DNA of 63,110 bases, counting the filler, from Pelomyxa schiedti (Eukaryota; Protista; Evosea), in NCBI GenBank assembly GCA_020536535.1. It is 5 parts of 5 records of this genome, joined end to end, with 100 filler letters (N's around TTAATTAATTAA, not from the genome) between each part and the next. Parts side by side here need not be neighbours in the genome. Positions count along the whole stretch, not along the records: positions 1 to 23,087 come from JAHLWZ010001061.1; 4 more parts are not named here. One strand, written 5' to 3'. The first letter of the stretch is position 1. Every line of letters begins with the position of its first letter. Both the position numbers and the translations under genes were made by a program. Below, in pieces: positions 1 through 11,334 of this stretch. A model generated the notes under the pieces. That model was not told the DNA's origin. It searched no databases and saw only the letters and a list, made by a program, of their open reading frames with translations.

Positions 1-169
1 CCTTTCCGCAAACTTGCGCGTCTTCGCGGGGCACCCCAACCGATGCCAGTACGTCCACCATGAACCTCTCCAACACATCGAGAGGCATTCTAGGATCATC
101 ATCGTGCGACGTGGTTGTGGCGGCTGTCGCAGTTGCCGGTGTCGCTGTAGCGGCTGTTGTGGTGGCCAT
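1..169 (-). CDS. Ldh_2-family (type 2 malate/L-lactate dehydrogenase-like) oxidoreductase, 5' end only, runs off the window
   Basis: Manual translation from ATG at 169: MATTTAATATPATATAATTTSHDDDPRMPLDVLERFMVDVLASVGVPREDAQVCGK. The LERFMVDVLxxVGVPxEDAxxC segment matches the N-terminal helices of Ldh_2/YbiC-type enzymes. Confidence 0.65.
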   Translation of the reverse strand, partial: MATTTAATATPATATAATTTSHDDDPRMPLDVLERFMVDVLASVGVPREDAQVCGK

Positions 170-490
170 TCAACAGGGAGAAGGTTTTTTCTTTTTGTTT
201 TGCTTTTGCGTTGATGTTCGGCTGGTTGATGTTTGTTTTCCTTGGTGGCCTTCTAGAACTCCATTGGCCTCGGATCTGCAGCGTCATTCCACAATCAATC
301 TACACTTACAACTTTGGGACTCACACTTTTTGGCATCAACGGGGCAGAAAAGGTCCTGGTTCTCTCTGTACCCTGTGAAGGGAAAATTGCCACCCCCAAA
401 CATGTTCACTACAAACACGTTCCTTTGCACCAACACTAGAAAGAAGTCTTGGTGCCAAAGGAAGAAAACAATTTCCTTTTTTTTTTCCTC

Positions 491-2935
491 TCACAGAGCC
501 ACATTCTCAATGAGGAAGACGCGGAACTCTGAGTCTGCGCCTGAGCTGTCGGGTGCGTCAACAACGATGAGCTGGTTTGTTGATGGAATCCAGGAAGTCA
601 ACCTCACATACTTGCCAAATGTTGGGAGTGTGTTTCTGTAAGTGCCATCATAAACACCAGTGGTGGTGTCAAACACCCCGTCGATCTCCCCGCTGTCGTA
701 TGCCTTGCCAAAGTAGAACCTCCCACACACAACAAATGCAAAGCCAGTCTTCATCTTGATGCGAGGGACAGTCCACGTCTGCAAGATTGTGAGGGAGTCA
801 GGGTCCACCCTCGTGATGTGTATGTTGCCGTTGTTGGGTGGTGCGTGGACCACGTACAGCACACCCCCTGCATCAACATACCAGCAAATGTCTGTGTATC
901 CGTTCCAGGTCCACGGTGACTCGCCAGAGTGACCGGCGTTTGGGAGTGGTGCAGTTGCTACTGTTGACCCGTCGCTCACACGCACCTTGGTCATTGTGGC
1001 TGCATTGGCTGGGGTGCAGTACACGTGGCCGTTGTGCACAGCCTGGTATGTGCCACCGGGGTGGTTGGGCACGTCCTTGACTGTGAATTGCCTTGGGTTG
1101 GTGTTGTTGATGAAGCTGGTCATGCTTTCGAACTCCGTCAGCTGTGAAGTGTAGTAGTCACTGCCCCAGTACACTTTTCCGGTTGTGTTGTCAACAAACA
1201 GCTTCTGTGCCTGACGGGGCGTGGTCGAGGTCACCATCGAGCCAAGTTGGTTGAGTTCCCTCGTTGCCGCTTTGGGAACAAGAGAACCTGATGTTGAATT
1301 GTGAACAAGGCGACCAAGTGATGATGAAATTGTTCCACAAACGGCAGTTGAATCACATTCAAATCTCACCTGTTCGCGTTTTTTTTTGTGTCATTTCACT
1401 TTTTTTTTTTTTTTTTGGATGCGGAAAAGAGAGAGAGATACCTTCAATTCATTTGGTGCCAGAGAGTCATTCTGGGCACCTGAATCGCAAAGCTTTTTGA
1501 CACGAGAAGTGAGAGTGTCATTGACAGCCACGAGTTGGAGGTCAGTGAACCTCGTTGTTGCCTGTTGCGCATATTCTTGTGCTTCTTGTGCATCCTTCAT
1601 CTTGTTGTCACATCCTTCAATGTGTTCTTGGAATATCTTGAAGGGGTAACGCCGCATTGTCAGTGTGTGTGATTGGTGCGACAGAAGACATGCCTTTTTT
1701 GATGTTTCGGTGATTGTCTTCAGTTCCGAGAGCAGCTGTGCCTCCTTGGCATTGACAACTGCAACAATCTTGGCAAATTCAGTTCGTATCTCAGCCTCAA
1801 CGTTCTCAGAAAGTTCATCTGCGTTTTTGCAGCATCCCTTTGGTTTTTTTTTTTGTTGTCGTTGAATGGGACGGAAATGAGAGAACACACACGATTGCAG
1901 TGTGTTTCGAAAGTGAAAGCTTCTCCAAGCGCAATGATAACTTGGAGCACAGTGAGGCAATGTTCTCCTTGAACTTGGAGCTCAGGTCAGAGGAAAACAC
2001 AAAGTCGTGGTTCTTGTGGTCAATCAATCTGATATTGTTTACGGAGTTAGGAAAAACCCAAGGACGCAACAGGCCCGAAATCAGACAAAAGAAAAAGGAA
2101 CACACACGTGCAGTCACGGCAAATCAGTGACTTGTCAGTGTTGCAGTACAACCGCAGTTCCTCATGTGGATGCTTGGAACAAAGTGCTGGTTTGGGTGCC
2201 GCGGGTGTGACGCTCGTCTGTGTCCTGATTTGATCCACAGTCACAACCTGCATTCCCAAGTGTGTGAGAGTGTGAACTGGTTGGCTGGTGGGAAGCGTGG
2301 GTGGCGAGGGAGATAGATATAAAATAAACACAGCAGCGCTACATTGTGGGAGGCGGTCTTCCTCGCACGTGAGTGGTGTGCCTTGTCGTCGTTGCACAGG
2401 AACACCCCGCACGTTGGGCACCACCACGGCACGTCGTGTGATCCGCATTCCACGCACTCGGGAGGCGGCGCGGCCGTCGTCGTCGTCGTCGTGGTGGTGG
2501 TGGTCCCTGGTTGTTTGTGTGTCCCGCCCTCAGCAACAAGTGGAGCCAGGTCCAACAGGTGGCGCTTCCAAAGGTCCACTGGGAACCCCCCTTGCGGAAT
2601 TGCGGCCTGTCGACAGGTTGTGGTGTGTTTTTTTGTGACTGTTGGTTTATTTTTCGTAAAGTAAAGACACGCAGAGGGACCTGGAATTGGCACACAGGGC
2701 ACGTCAGTGACGACGATGTGGCGGAGTTGGGCGCGGAGGGGAGCACCCCTCGCGAACACCTGGTGACGCACTCGAGGCACAAACTGTGCAAACACGGCAG
2801 CAGCCTGGGGCGTCGTGCGTGGGGGTGATGGAAGAACTTTTAAAATTTCGGAACGGGAGTTGTTCACCTTGGGTCACGGAGGAACGAGGAGCAACACGGG
2901 CACGTTATTTGTGCGGTCACTTCCTTCTTGTCCAT
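491..2935 (-). CDS. TRIM-like protein copy A: RING + B-box + B-box + coiled coil + C-terminal olfactomedin-like domain (multi-exon)
   Basis: ATG at 2935 (MDKKEVTAQITCPCC...PRLLPCLHSLCLEC...CPVC, C3HC4 RING). B-box CVECGSHDVPWWCPTCGVFLCNDDKAHH; B-box CSKHPHEELRLYCNTDKSLICRDC..DHKNH; helical region. Last exon (491-1369) has OLF motifs GTYQAVHNG, LPNAG, W.W.GYTDI, GNIHITRVDPDSL...QTW, AFVVCG. Confidence 0.85.
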
Positions 2936-3022
2936 TGATGAAAGCTTCAAGAATTTTTTTTCCTTGTGGAAAGGTGTGTCACTCCTCTTCTGATCACCAC
3001 AAGAAAAAAAAAACCACCCGAA
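2936..3022. promoter_or_regulatory. 87-bp divergent intergenic region, probable shared bidirectional promoter of the TRIM-OLF pair
   Basis: Only 87 bp separate the two outward-facing ATGs. Confidence 0.55.
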
Positions 3023-5396
3023 ATGAACAAGAAGGAAGTGATCTACCAAATAACGTGCCCATGTTGCTTGTCGTTCCTCCGTGACCCAAGGTGCCATCAT
3101 GGGATTCAAAAAAACTCCGTTCTCACACCCAACCATCAGGCTTCTGCCGTGTTTGCACACTTTGTGCCTCGAATGCATCCCTCGATGTTCGCGAAGCACC
3201 TCGACTGGTTCTCCGTTGCTCGCATACGCCGCGGAATGCCCTGTGTGTCACTCTCAGGTGTACGTTTCTTTCACTCCCACACTCACCCATTAGAGGACTA
3301 ACAACAACCGAAACCCGAAACACAACATAACTTTTCGACAGGCAGTCGCACCACCAGGGGGGTTCCCTGTGGACGAGTGGAAGAGAAGCATGTTGGCCTC
3401 GGTTCCACATGCTGTTTTTGGGAGTGGATCACACCAACCAGGCACCACGGCGACTGCGCCAGAATGCGGAGATTGCGGGGCACGCGAAGCCCAGTGGTGG
3501 TGCACAACGTGTAGCGCGTTTTTGTGCAACGATGACAAGGCACACCACTCACGTGCGAGGAAGACCGCCTCCCACAATGTAGCGCTGTGTTTATTTTATA
3601 TCTAACTCTCGCCACCAACCAACCAGCTCACTCACATACACGTCTAATGCAGGTTGTGACTGTGGCTCAACTCAGAACACAGACGAGTGTCACACCCGCG
3701 GCACCCAAACCAGCACTTTGTTCCAAGCATCCACATGAGGAACTGCGGTTGTACTGCAACACTGACAAGTCACTGATTTGCCGTGACTGCACGTGTGTGT
3801 TCCTTTTTCTGGTTTGGGAACCTGCTGTGCCCTTGGGTTGTTGGCTAACAACCCAAACAAACACAATTAGATTGATTGACCACAAGAACCACGACATTGT
3901 GTTTTCCTCTGACCTGAGCTCCAAGTTCAAGGAGAACATCGCCTCACTGTGCTCCAAGTTATCACTGCGCTTGGAGAAGCTTTCACTTTCGAAACACACT
4001 GCAATTGTGTGTATTTTCTCTCATTTCCGTCCCATTCAACGACAACAAAAAAAAAAACCAAAGGGATGCTGCAAAAACGTAGACGAAGTTTCAGAGAACG
4101 CTGAGGCGGAGATACGAACTGAATTTGCCAAGATTGTTGCAGTTGTCAATGCCAAGGAGGCTCAAATGCTCTCGGAACTTAAAAAAATCACCGAAACTGC
4201 GAAAAAGGCACGAACTTGTCTGTTGCACCAATCACACACACTGACAATGTGTTCACCCCCTCAAGATATTCCAAGAACACATTGAAGGATGTGACAACAA
4301 GATGAAGGATGCACAAGAGGCACAAGAATACGCACAACAGGCAACAACGAGGTTCACTGACCTCCAACTCGTGGCTGTCAATGACACTCTCACTTCTCGT
4401 GTCAAAAAGCTTTGCGATTCAGGTGCCCAGAATGACTCTCTGGCACCAAATGAATTGAAGGTATCTCTCTCTCTTTTCCGCATCCAAAAAAAAAAAAAAA
4501 AAGTGAAATGACACAAAAAAAAACGCGAACAGGTGAGATTTGAATGTGATTCAACTGCCGTTTGTGGAACAATTTCATCATCACTTGGTCGCCTTGTTCA
4601 CAATTCAACATCAGGTTCTCTTGTTCCCAAAGCGGCAACGAGGGAACTCAAACAACTTGGCTCGATGGTCCACTCGATCACACCCCGTCCTGGGGTGAGG
4701 TTATTTGTTGACAACTCAACTGGGAAAGTGTACTGGGATGGTGCATACCACCGTCGACAACTGACAGAGTTTGCGAACATGACCAGCTTCATCAACAACA
4801 CCAACCCAAGACAGTTCATACTCAAGGACGTGCCCAACCACCCCGGTGGCACATACCAGGCAGTGCACAACGGCCACGTGTACTGCACCCCAGCCAATGC
4901 AGCCACAATGACCAAGGTGCGTGTGAGTGACGGGTCAACAGTAGCAACTGCACCACTCCCAAACGCCGGTCACTCTGGCAAATCAACGTGGAGCTGGGGT
5001 GGAGGCACAGACATTTGCTGGTATGTTGATGCAGGGGGTGTGCTGTACGTGGTCCACGCACCACCCAACGAAGGCAACATACACATCACGAGGGTGGACC
5101 CTGACTCCCTCGCCATCTTGCAGACGTGGACTGTCCCTCGCATCAAGGCACGGACAGGATATGCATTTGTTGTGTGTGGGAAGTTCTACTTTGGAAAGTC
5201 GCACAACAGCAACGAAATCGACGGGGTGTTTGACACCACAACTGGTGATTATGATGACACTTACAGAAACACACTCCCGACATGCGGCATGCGTGTGGCT
5301 CTTACTTCGTGGATTCCATCAACAAACCAGCTCCTCGTCATCGAAGCTCCTGACGTATCGTTCCGCGTTTTCCTCTTCGACAATGTGGCTCTGTGA
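3023..5396 (+). CDS. TRIM-like protein copy B: RING + B-box + B-box + coiled coil + C-terminal olfactomedin-like domain (multi-exon)
   Basis: ATG at 3023 (MNKKEVIYQITCPCC), GT-AG intron 3091-3139, then LLPCLHTLCLEC...CPVC, two B-boxes, coiled coil and OLF exon 4533-5396. Inverted paralog of copy A. Confidence 0.85.
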
Positions 5397-5607
5397 GAGG
5401 AAGATAAAGAAAATTTTTTGTTTGGCAACGTCCACCTCGTGAGATTTTACGGTGGAGGTGTGGCTACCCAAGGGGACGTCATGCATTTGGCGTGGGAATC
5501 CAACTACTACTTGGCGCATGACCCACCTGACAGGACCAAGATGTGGGGACAGACCTAACCATCAGTTTGAGTTTCTAGGAAACCCGCAGCGTGGCTCCTC
5601 TTTTTTA

Positions 5608-7862
5608 ATGCTGAAAGAGCCGTGCCAGGATACCTCTTCCACCGTAACCGCGTCGTTGTCGAGCAAACAACAGGAGGCCGGCAGGGTCCTCATGATCTCG
5701 CGCGTCGCGTGGGAGTACGCGGTGCAGCCAGTCCTCGCGGCCTCGTACAGATCCCTCGAGCACGGGGACGTGGTGTGGGCGTTCGGCGCGGCGTCGGCCC
5801 TGTTCCCCCTCGTCGCCCTCGTGTGCCGCGGCGTCGCCGCCGCCCCCGTGGTGTTCAAGCACCTCGGCGACGAGGAGCCGCAGGGGCACTCCCGCCACTG
5901 GGACGTGAGGTGCGCCGCGCAGGCCGGCAGCCCCGCCTGCATCTCGTGGATCCTGAGGCACAAGCCCACGAGGAACAACACGAGGGAGTGCCTGAGCGTG
6001 CTGTGGGGGCTCTGCGGCGGCGGACACCTCGAGATGGCGCGGCAGCTCGTCGACGGCGACTGCGCGGCGGCGGGGACTGATGAGCGCCGGGCGGGCGGCC
6101 TTGGCTGCGATTATGGGAGGAGTGATGTGAGGTGGGTGAAGGAATCGGGGCTGGCGTGGCCCGTGGGTGAGAATGACCTGAGGGACGAGGTAAGAGCCAT
6201 TGATATCACTCCGGATGGGAGCGAGGATGAGACCTTGTTGTCAGAGGTGTGCAGAGGGGGGCACCTTGAGACAGCCAAGTGGGTTGTTGAGAGGTTCCGG
6301 CTGAGGGAGAGCTGGGAGCTTGCTGCTCCGTTTATGGCTGCTGTTCGTGCTGGGAAGCTCGAGGTGGCGAGGTGGTTGTGTGGGTTATGTGGGGTCGTTT
6401 GGGCTGTGAACACACTGGGGCTGAATTACCCAGTTAAGTTCTACTTTGAGGGAAACCTGGAGATGGTCCAGTGGCTGGTGGAGGTCTTCCCTGGAAGCTG
6501 GAGTTTGGAAAAACCTGAAAAGTGTTACTCCCCTGTGGGACTTGCTGCTGGTGTCATGTGTAACAAGAAGATTACCCTGAAGGAACGCGTTGAGGCCTTC
6601 CAGTGGCTGAGGTCACACTTCAGCTTTGACCTACAAGAAGTCCAGACGGTTGCCACAGGTACACGAGGGGTGGAGTCACTCATGTGGTTGATAGAGACCC
6701 ACGGTGTGCAGCCGCCAGTGAGCATGTGGTGGTGGAGGGAGGTGGAGGGTGTAGAATCTGTTGAGTGGCTTGTAAAGCACCTCCCAATGTCAGTTACAGC
6801 TGCCAATTTTCTTGAAGTTTGTGGAAACATCAAGGATGACTTGCACTGCGTGAGAGTGCTGCTGTCAGAGGTGGTCAATCTCACTCCAACCGACCATGAA
6901 GAAGCACTTATAGAAGCACTGTCCAATGGCAACATCAAAATCGCCAACTGGCTGGAAGCAACCTTCCATATCATGGAGAAAAATGTCAATGTCGCTGCTC
7001 CCAAGGCGAATGCCACTCTAATTTCTCTGTGCAAGAACTACAGCAACTACTGTGACACAAGGGCCATCAGGTGGTTCTTTGAGCACGTATCTGCAGATAA
7101 AATAGATGAGAGTTCCCTGGCAAGAGCAGTACGCCACACACGGTTCTCTGTCTTGTCATTCTTGCTTGAGTTGTTCCACTTTTCACCTACCAGTAAGTCG
7201 CGGCAGGATCAGCGCAAGTGGAGTAAAGTACTGCTGGGAGCAGTGGTCACTGGGTGGACTCCAATTTCAAGTCAGCTTATTTCATGTAGGGCTGTTGACA
7301 GTAGTCATGCTATAAACTGTGTGATTCAGTCTTGTCATTCCTGCTTCATCTCCAGCAAAGCTATGAAAAGGGTAATACACGAGTATCACCTGGAGAACCA
7401 GCCAGAATACATCAAATACAACAACAATGTTCTTATAGAATTGATCAATGCAAATAACACAAGGTGTGCAGAGTGGCTGATCCACAACTTTGAGGTCACC
7501 CTGGAAGAGGTATGCCTTTTCTTTGTACAATAAACGCAACTCTAACAAAAGCTAAAAAAAAAAAAAAAAAAAAAAAAACACAGCTGGGACATCCAAGCTG
7601 CGCTAACAAGGAGATTTCATTTCCGATGTGGAAGATGCTGCTGAGGGTGTTCCCAGAGATAACAGCTGACTTTATACGTGATCACCTGTGGTGGGCACTA
7701 ATGTCCTCACCCGTCCACATTGAGTTTGCAATGAAGGCAGTTGGGATCACACAGGCCCATGTAATGCACCGTCTGACTAATGAAATAGAACAAGTGCTGC
7801 CCAAGGAAACACTGTTATGGATTCTGAAGCTTAAGATGTCACGTCCTCATCACAAATGGTGA
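5608..7862 (+). CDS. Degenerate ankyrin-like repeat protein of an expanded family
   Basis: Long ORF 5452-7533 with repeated GGHLEMARQLV / GGHLETAKWVV / AGKLEVARWL / GNLEMVQWLV units. An intron near 7510-7583 joins the last exon ending at 7862. Start ATG 5608 is tentative. Confidence 0.7.
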
Positions 7863-7934
7863 AGAACTCGGTAAAAAAATCTTAAATTTGTTTTTTTCTG
7901 GCTCCATCAAATCCGAGTGTTTTTTCGCACGAAG

Positions 7935-9147
7935 ATGGCGCAGCTCGATCAGTTGATGGGTCGGCTGGACGAGATGTACAACGAGGCCGAGATAGGCAAC
8001 AACTGCAACGTGCGCGGCGACACGGAGACCGCCGCCGCGAATCTGAATCTGCAGTCCGCGAGCGCTACCGCAGCCGACCAGTTTGTGCTTTCAAAGAAGG
8101 CGATTGCGGAAGAGATGAGGAGGATAAAGCAGGTTTTTTTCTCTTTGTGAGTGTCGGTCTATTCTATCTGAAAATATACGTGAAGATGTTCTAGAAACAC
8201 ACAGTGGTTCTAACGCTCTGACCAAACTAAGATGATTGAAGAGAGAAATGGTATTTCAAATCCAACGGAGATGGCTAAAGCTTCAGCTGCAATTCGGGGG
8301 CAGATGAAAGAAGCAGAGAGACATCTGGCAGCAATGGAGACAAATCACAAAGCTTTTGTTGAACATTACTTAGTTTGTCAAATGTTGCCAATGAGTATCA
8401 CGTGAACCAAAACAAAAGCAACAATTAGAGCTCTAACCGCGGGATTCCTGATCTTGACTTGGAGGAAAAGATAGAACTCAGAAACAAAGTAATTCAGTGC
8501 GCAAGGGCTAACTTGGATAATTGCTACGACTTGGAAAGGTGTCGCAACAATGTTCACACCTTCATCCCTAAAAGAAGTCTGTTGTCCTTCACTTGATATT
8601 TTACACTCACTTTCTTTTCAGACCCTGCTGCTCCAACCAAGTTGCCTGATGTTGATGATCCACAGTTCGAGGAAATTCGCATTATGAATAAAAAAATTGT
8701 AACTGCATAGTCCTCAAACATCTTTCCTTACAGTTTAAGGATGAAGGGCTTGGCAGCATTGAGCTAAAAGTGTCCAATTTGAAAGACATCTCTGTACTAC
8801 ACAAATTTAAATACTAAACACTGACATCCTCACCAGGGAAGAATGTATGGTGCCGCAGTGAATCAATCAGATACCATAACTAGAGCAGAGAGAGGTGTTA
8901 CATCTGTCGATGGGCAGATTGTGCAGGCTAATAGCCGTCTAAATGAAATTCTTCATGGGGTTTTTCTCTCACACTGTGTTACTTGTTTAATGCTATTACA
9001 TCACAGCTTCGATCCACGCCCGATAAACTCATTGTCTACTTCATTCTGATCTGTCTTCTGCTGGGTGCGTTCCACGTCACCGTTATGTCCAACTCATTTT
9101 CGGCAGGAATTGCTGGACTGGTGTACAAAGTTGTCTCGAGCCGTTGA
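7935..9147 (+). CDS. Qc-SNARE, syntaxin-of-plants-7 (SYP7)-like, tail-anchored
   Basis: Spliced product has an N-terminal helical domain, a SNARE motif (DEGLGSIELKVSNLKDIS..MYGAAVNQSDTITRAERGVTSVDGQIVQANSRLNEIL) and a C-terminal TM (LIVYFILICLLLGIAGLVYKVV). Confidence 0.7.
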
Positions 9148-9388
9148 CAAGCACACACTATGACATCAAGGTAATTTTAATAAAAGAACACAATTCCCAG
9201 GAATTAATTGTTTTCGATCACAGAAAATTTGTTTTCCTCAATCTTTTTCACATCACACAAGACAGTTTCACCATATGTTAAATACCATCAAAATGATAGG
9301 ATAACTGGGATTTAAAAACAGATTGTGAAGCATAAAAGGAGAGTGGGGCAGTAGTTGGTGTCATTACAAAGAAGCAGCCTCCCATTTC

Positions 9389-10408
9389 TCAGTCATAGAG
9401 TCTCACCATCGATCTACCAACCTTGGATTTGCCAAAGTCAAGATACTCACCAGTGGTGTCAATGTACAATGAGTACCCGAGGCTGTGCTGCACCCAAGTA
9501 TTGCCCTCGCTGTCAGAACACTTCCTGATCACAGATATAATTTGACCAGGTGCCAGATGCCCCACCACGGTGCCAGATATACAAGGTACAGCCCGGACCC
9601 TCAGTTGTGTGTTTGGAATGGTCACTTTGTATCTCCTTGTTGCCGGCTTTGTTGGGGATTGATTATTGGCATGGCGCAGAGAAGCGGATAGAGCGGCAAC
9701 TTGATTGCTCAAGTCTGTGACTTGCCTGTGCAGATGTACAATCCTGACAAAAGGGCATGTTGCTTCGTGTGTCAATACGTCGGCCCTGGGGCCTGAAAAT
9801 GGGCACCCTTGAGGTTTCCCAGGGCAAGTTTGGTTGCAAGTGGTGTGTATGTGGTTAAGAATGTCACCCCGGCTTACAGTGATCCCGCACTGTGGGCATT
9901 TAATCACAAGTGAGTTCAAGGATGCAAGAAGTGACCTCATCTGTAGCAGTCTGTCAGAGCATTACTTCTATTTTACCAATACAATTTTTGTTGCTTGAAC
10001 ATAATACCCCACCAACATAACACCTGGTTCTACAATAATGCTTATATAATAAGCATATATCTAACATCACATTAAAAAAAAAAATATACACTATGCAAAG
10101 AATAGATGGGGGGAAAAAAAAAACACTGAACTAAACAATGTTTGGCGGGCTTCGAATTTACTCACCATCACAGGTGCTCTTGTGGTTGCGTCCCAGGCCT
10201 TTCTACACATTGGGCACGCGGGCAGGCTCGCGACGCAGGAACGGCAGAAGGTGTTGCCGCACTGGTCGTCGCGGTGCTCGACGGGGTTTACGAGGGGCAT
10301 CAGGCACACTGGGCACAGCAGCGTGTCGCTCACCGAGCTCGGGTATTGCGCGTGGCTCAGAACCACCTCCAGCTCGTTGTTCGGACCATCAGCCGACCCT
10401 CGTTGCAT
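9389..10408 (-). CDS. RING + TRAF-type zinc finger + coiled coil + SH3b-like domain E3 ligase
   Basis: CPVCLMPLVNPVEH...CGNTFCRSCV....CPMC RING; CPQC...HIHTTC...CPGKPQGCPF....HEATCPF zf-TRAF; heptad segment; LRVRAVPCISGTVVGHLAPGQIISVI....GNTWVQH SH3b-like domain. Confidence 0.75.
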
Positions 10409-10740
10409 TTCGTACCCGAATCGAAGCGCAGATCATCTCAGATTGCTGAATGCTCGCCCTGCGGAAAGAGGGGAAGGAATCCGCGAAGTTCCATGCACAT
10501 GAGCGACAGAGCCATAGCAAGAACAAACACAGAAGAGGGGCTCAGGTCCCATAATCCCAGTACGGTGAAAAACAGTGTTACCATCAGGGGAGGAGAATGC
10601 TCAAATTCTCTGAGGAGTACTTGTCCTTTTAAGACCGAGCTCAAATGCAGTCACGGTTATCCAATATCTATCCATCATCTTGCATTCAAGCATATTTCTA
10701 TCCCTGCCCATTGCCTTCCATACTCATGCAGCTCCATTTG

Positions 10741-11135
10741 AGAGTAGCTGGGAGAAGGATCCTTGTGGGGCAGGGATCAGACAGGGGGGAGCCCTGTTCT
10801 GAATTTCACTTTCTCTGGTCTGGACGCAGAGGGGGCGCCTCTGTACTTTGTCCAGGCCTCACTACTAATGAGGAAGAAACCCAGGGGGCTCCTGAATTTT
10901 CTCCCTCAAAACTTGTGTTGAGCGGGCGTGGGCCCTGGGGGGCGCCTAGGCCCATAGTCCTACTAAACTGGGAAAACCCCATCACCTTCTGAAATCGGGC
11001 GGGTCCCGGGGCTCCTTGCGCGAGTTCCCCCTTTCAAGGGGGTAACTTGCGCTCTCCCAGGAGTTTCGGGACTTGATCCGAAAGCTCCGTGTTGTTCAGC
11101 CTCTGGTCTGAGAGGGTGAGCACTCCTCTTTTTTT
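10741..11135 (+). ncRNA. Candidate structured non-coding RNA (unassigned), possibly a Pol III transcript
   Basis: About 12 consecutive hairpins in a GC-rich intergenic island. G-U wobbles pair on the + strand. A long-range helix joins 10748-10755 with 11053-11060, and a T7 run lies at 11129-11135. Confidence 0.55.
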
Positions 11136-11334
11136 GTGTTGGTCCCTCCCGTGTTAACATCACGGCTGGAACAGTTGGACTTCATCAGGATTTTGTTTTC
11201 ATTTGGTGAGTTGCGTGGTTCAAGGCAATAATCTAGCCTTTGGCGCGTGTTTAAAGTGGCTTGCACAGTATTGGAAGAACAGTTGAAAGAAAAGAATAAG
11301 TTCTACTTGTCTGATTTACTTGCCAATCCACTTC

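Noticed and set aside
4533-5396. Diversity-generating retroelement behind the OLF variation
   Set aside because: No reverse transcriptase in the window, and differences are not confined to adenines.
11130-11192. Minus-strand CUGAUGA-GUCC...GGAC resembling a hammerhead ribozyme or C box
   Set aside because: The required GAAA after stem II is absent (CAAC), and no partner D box with a terminal stem was seen.
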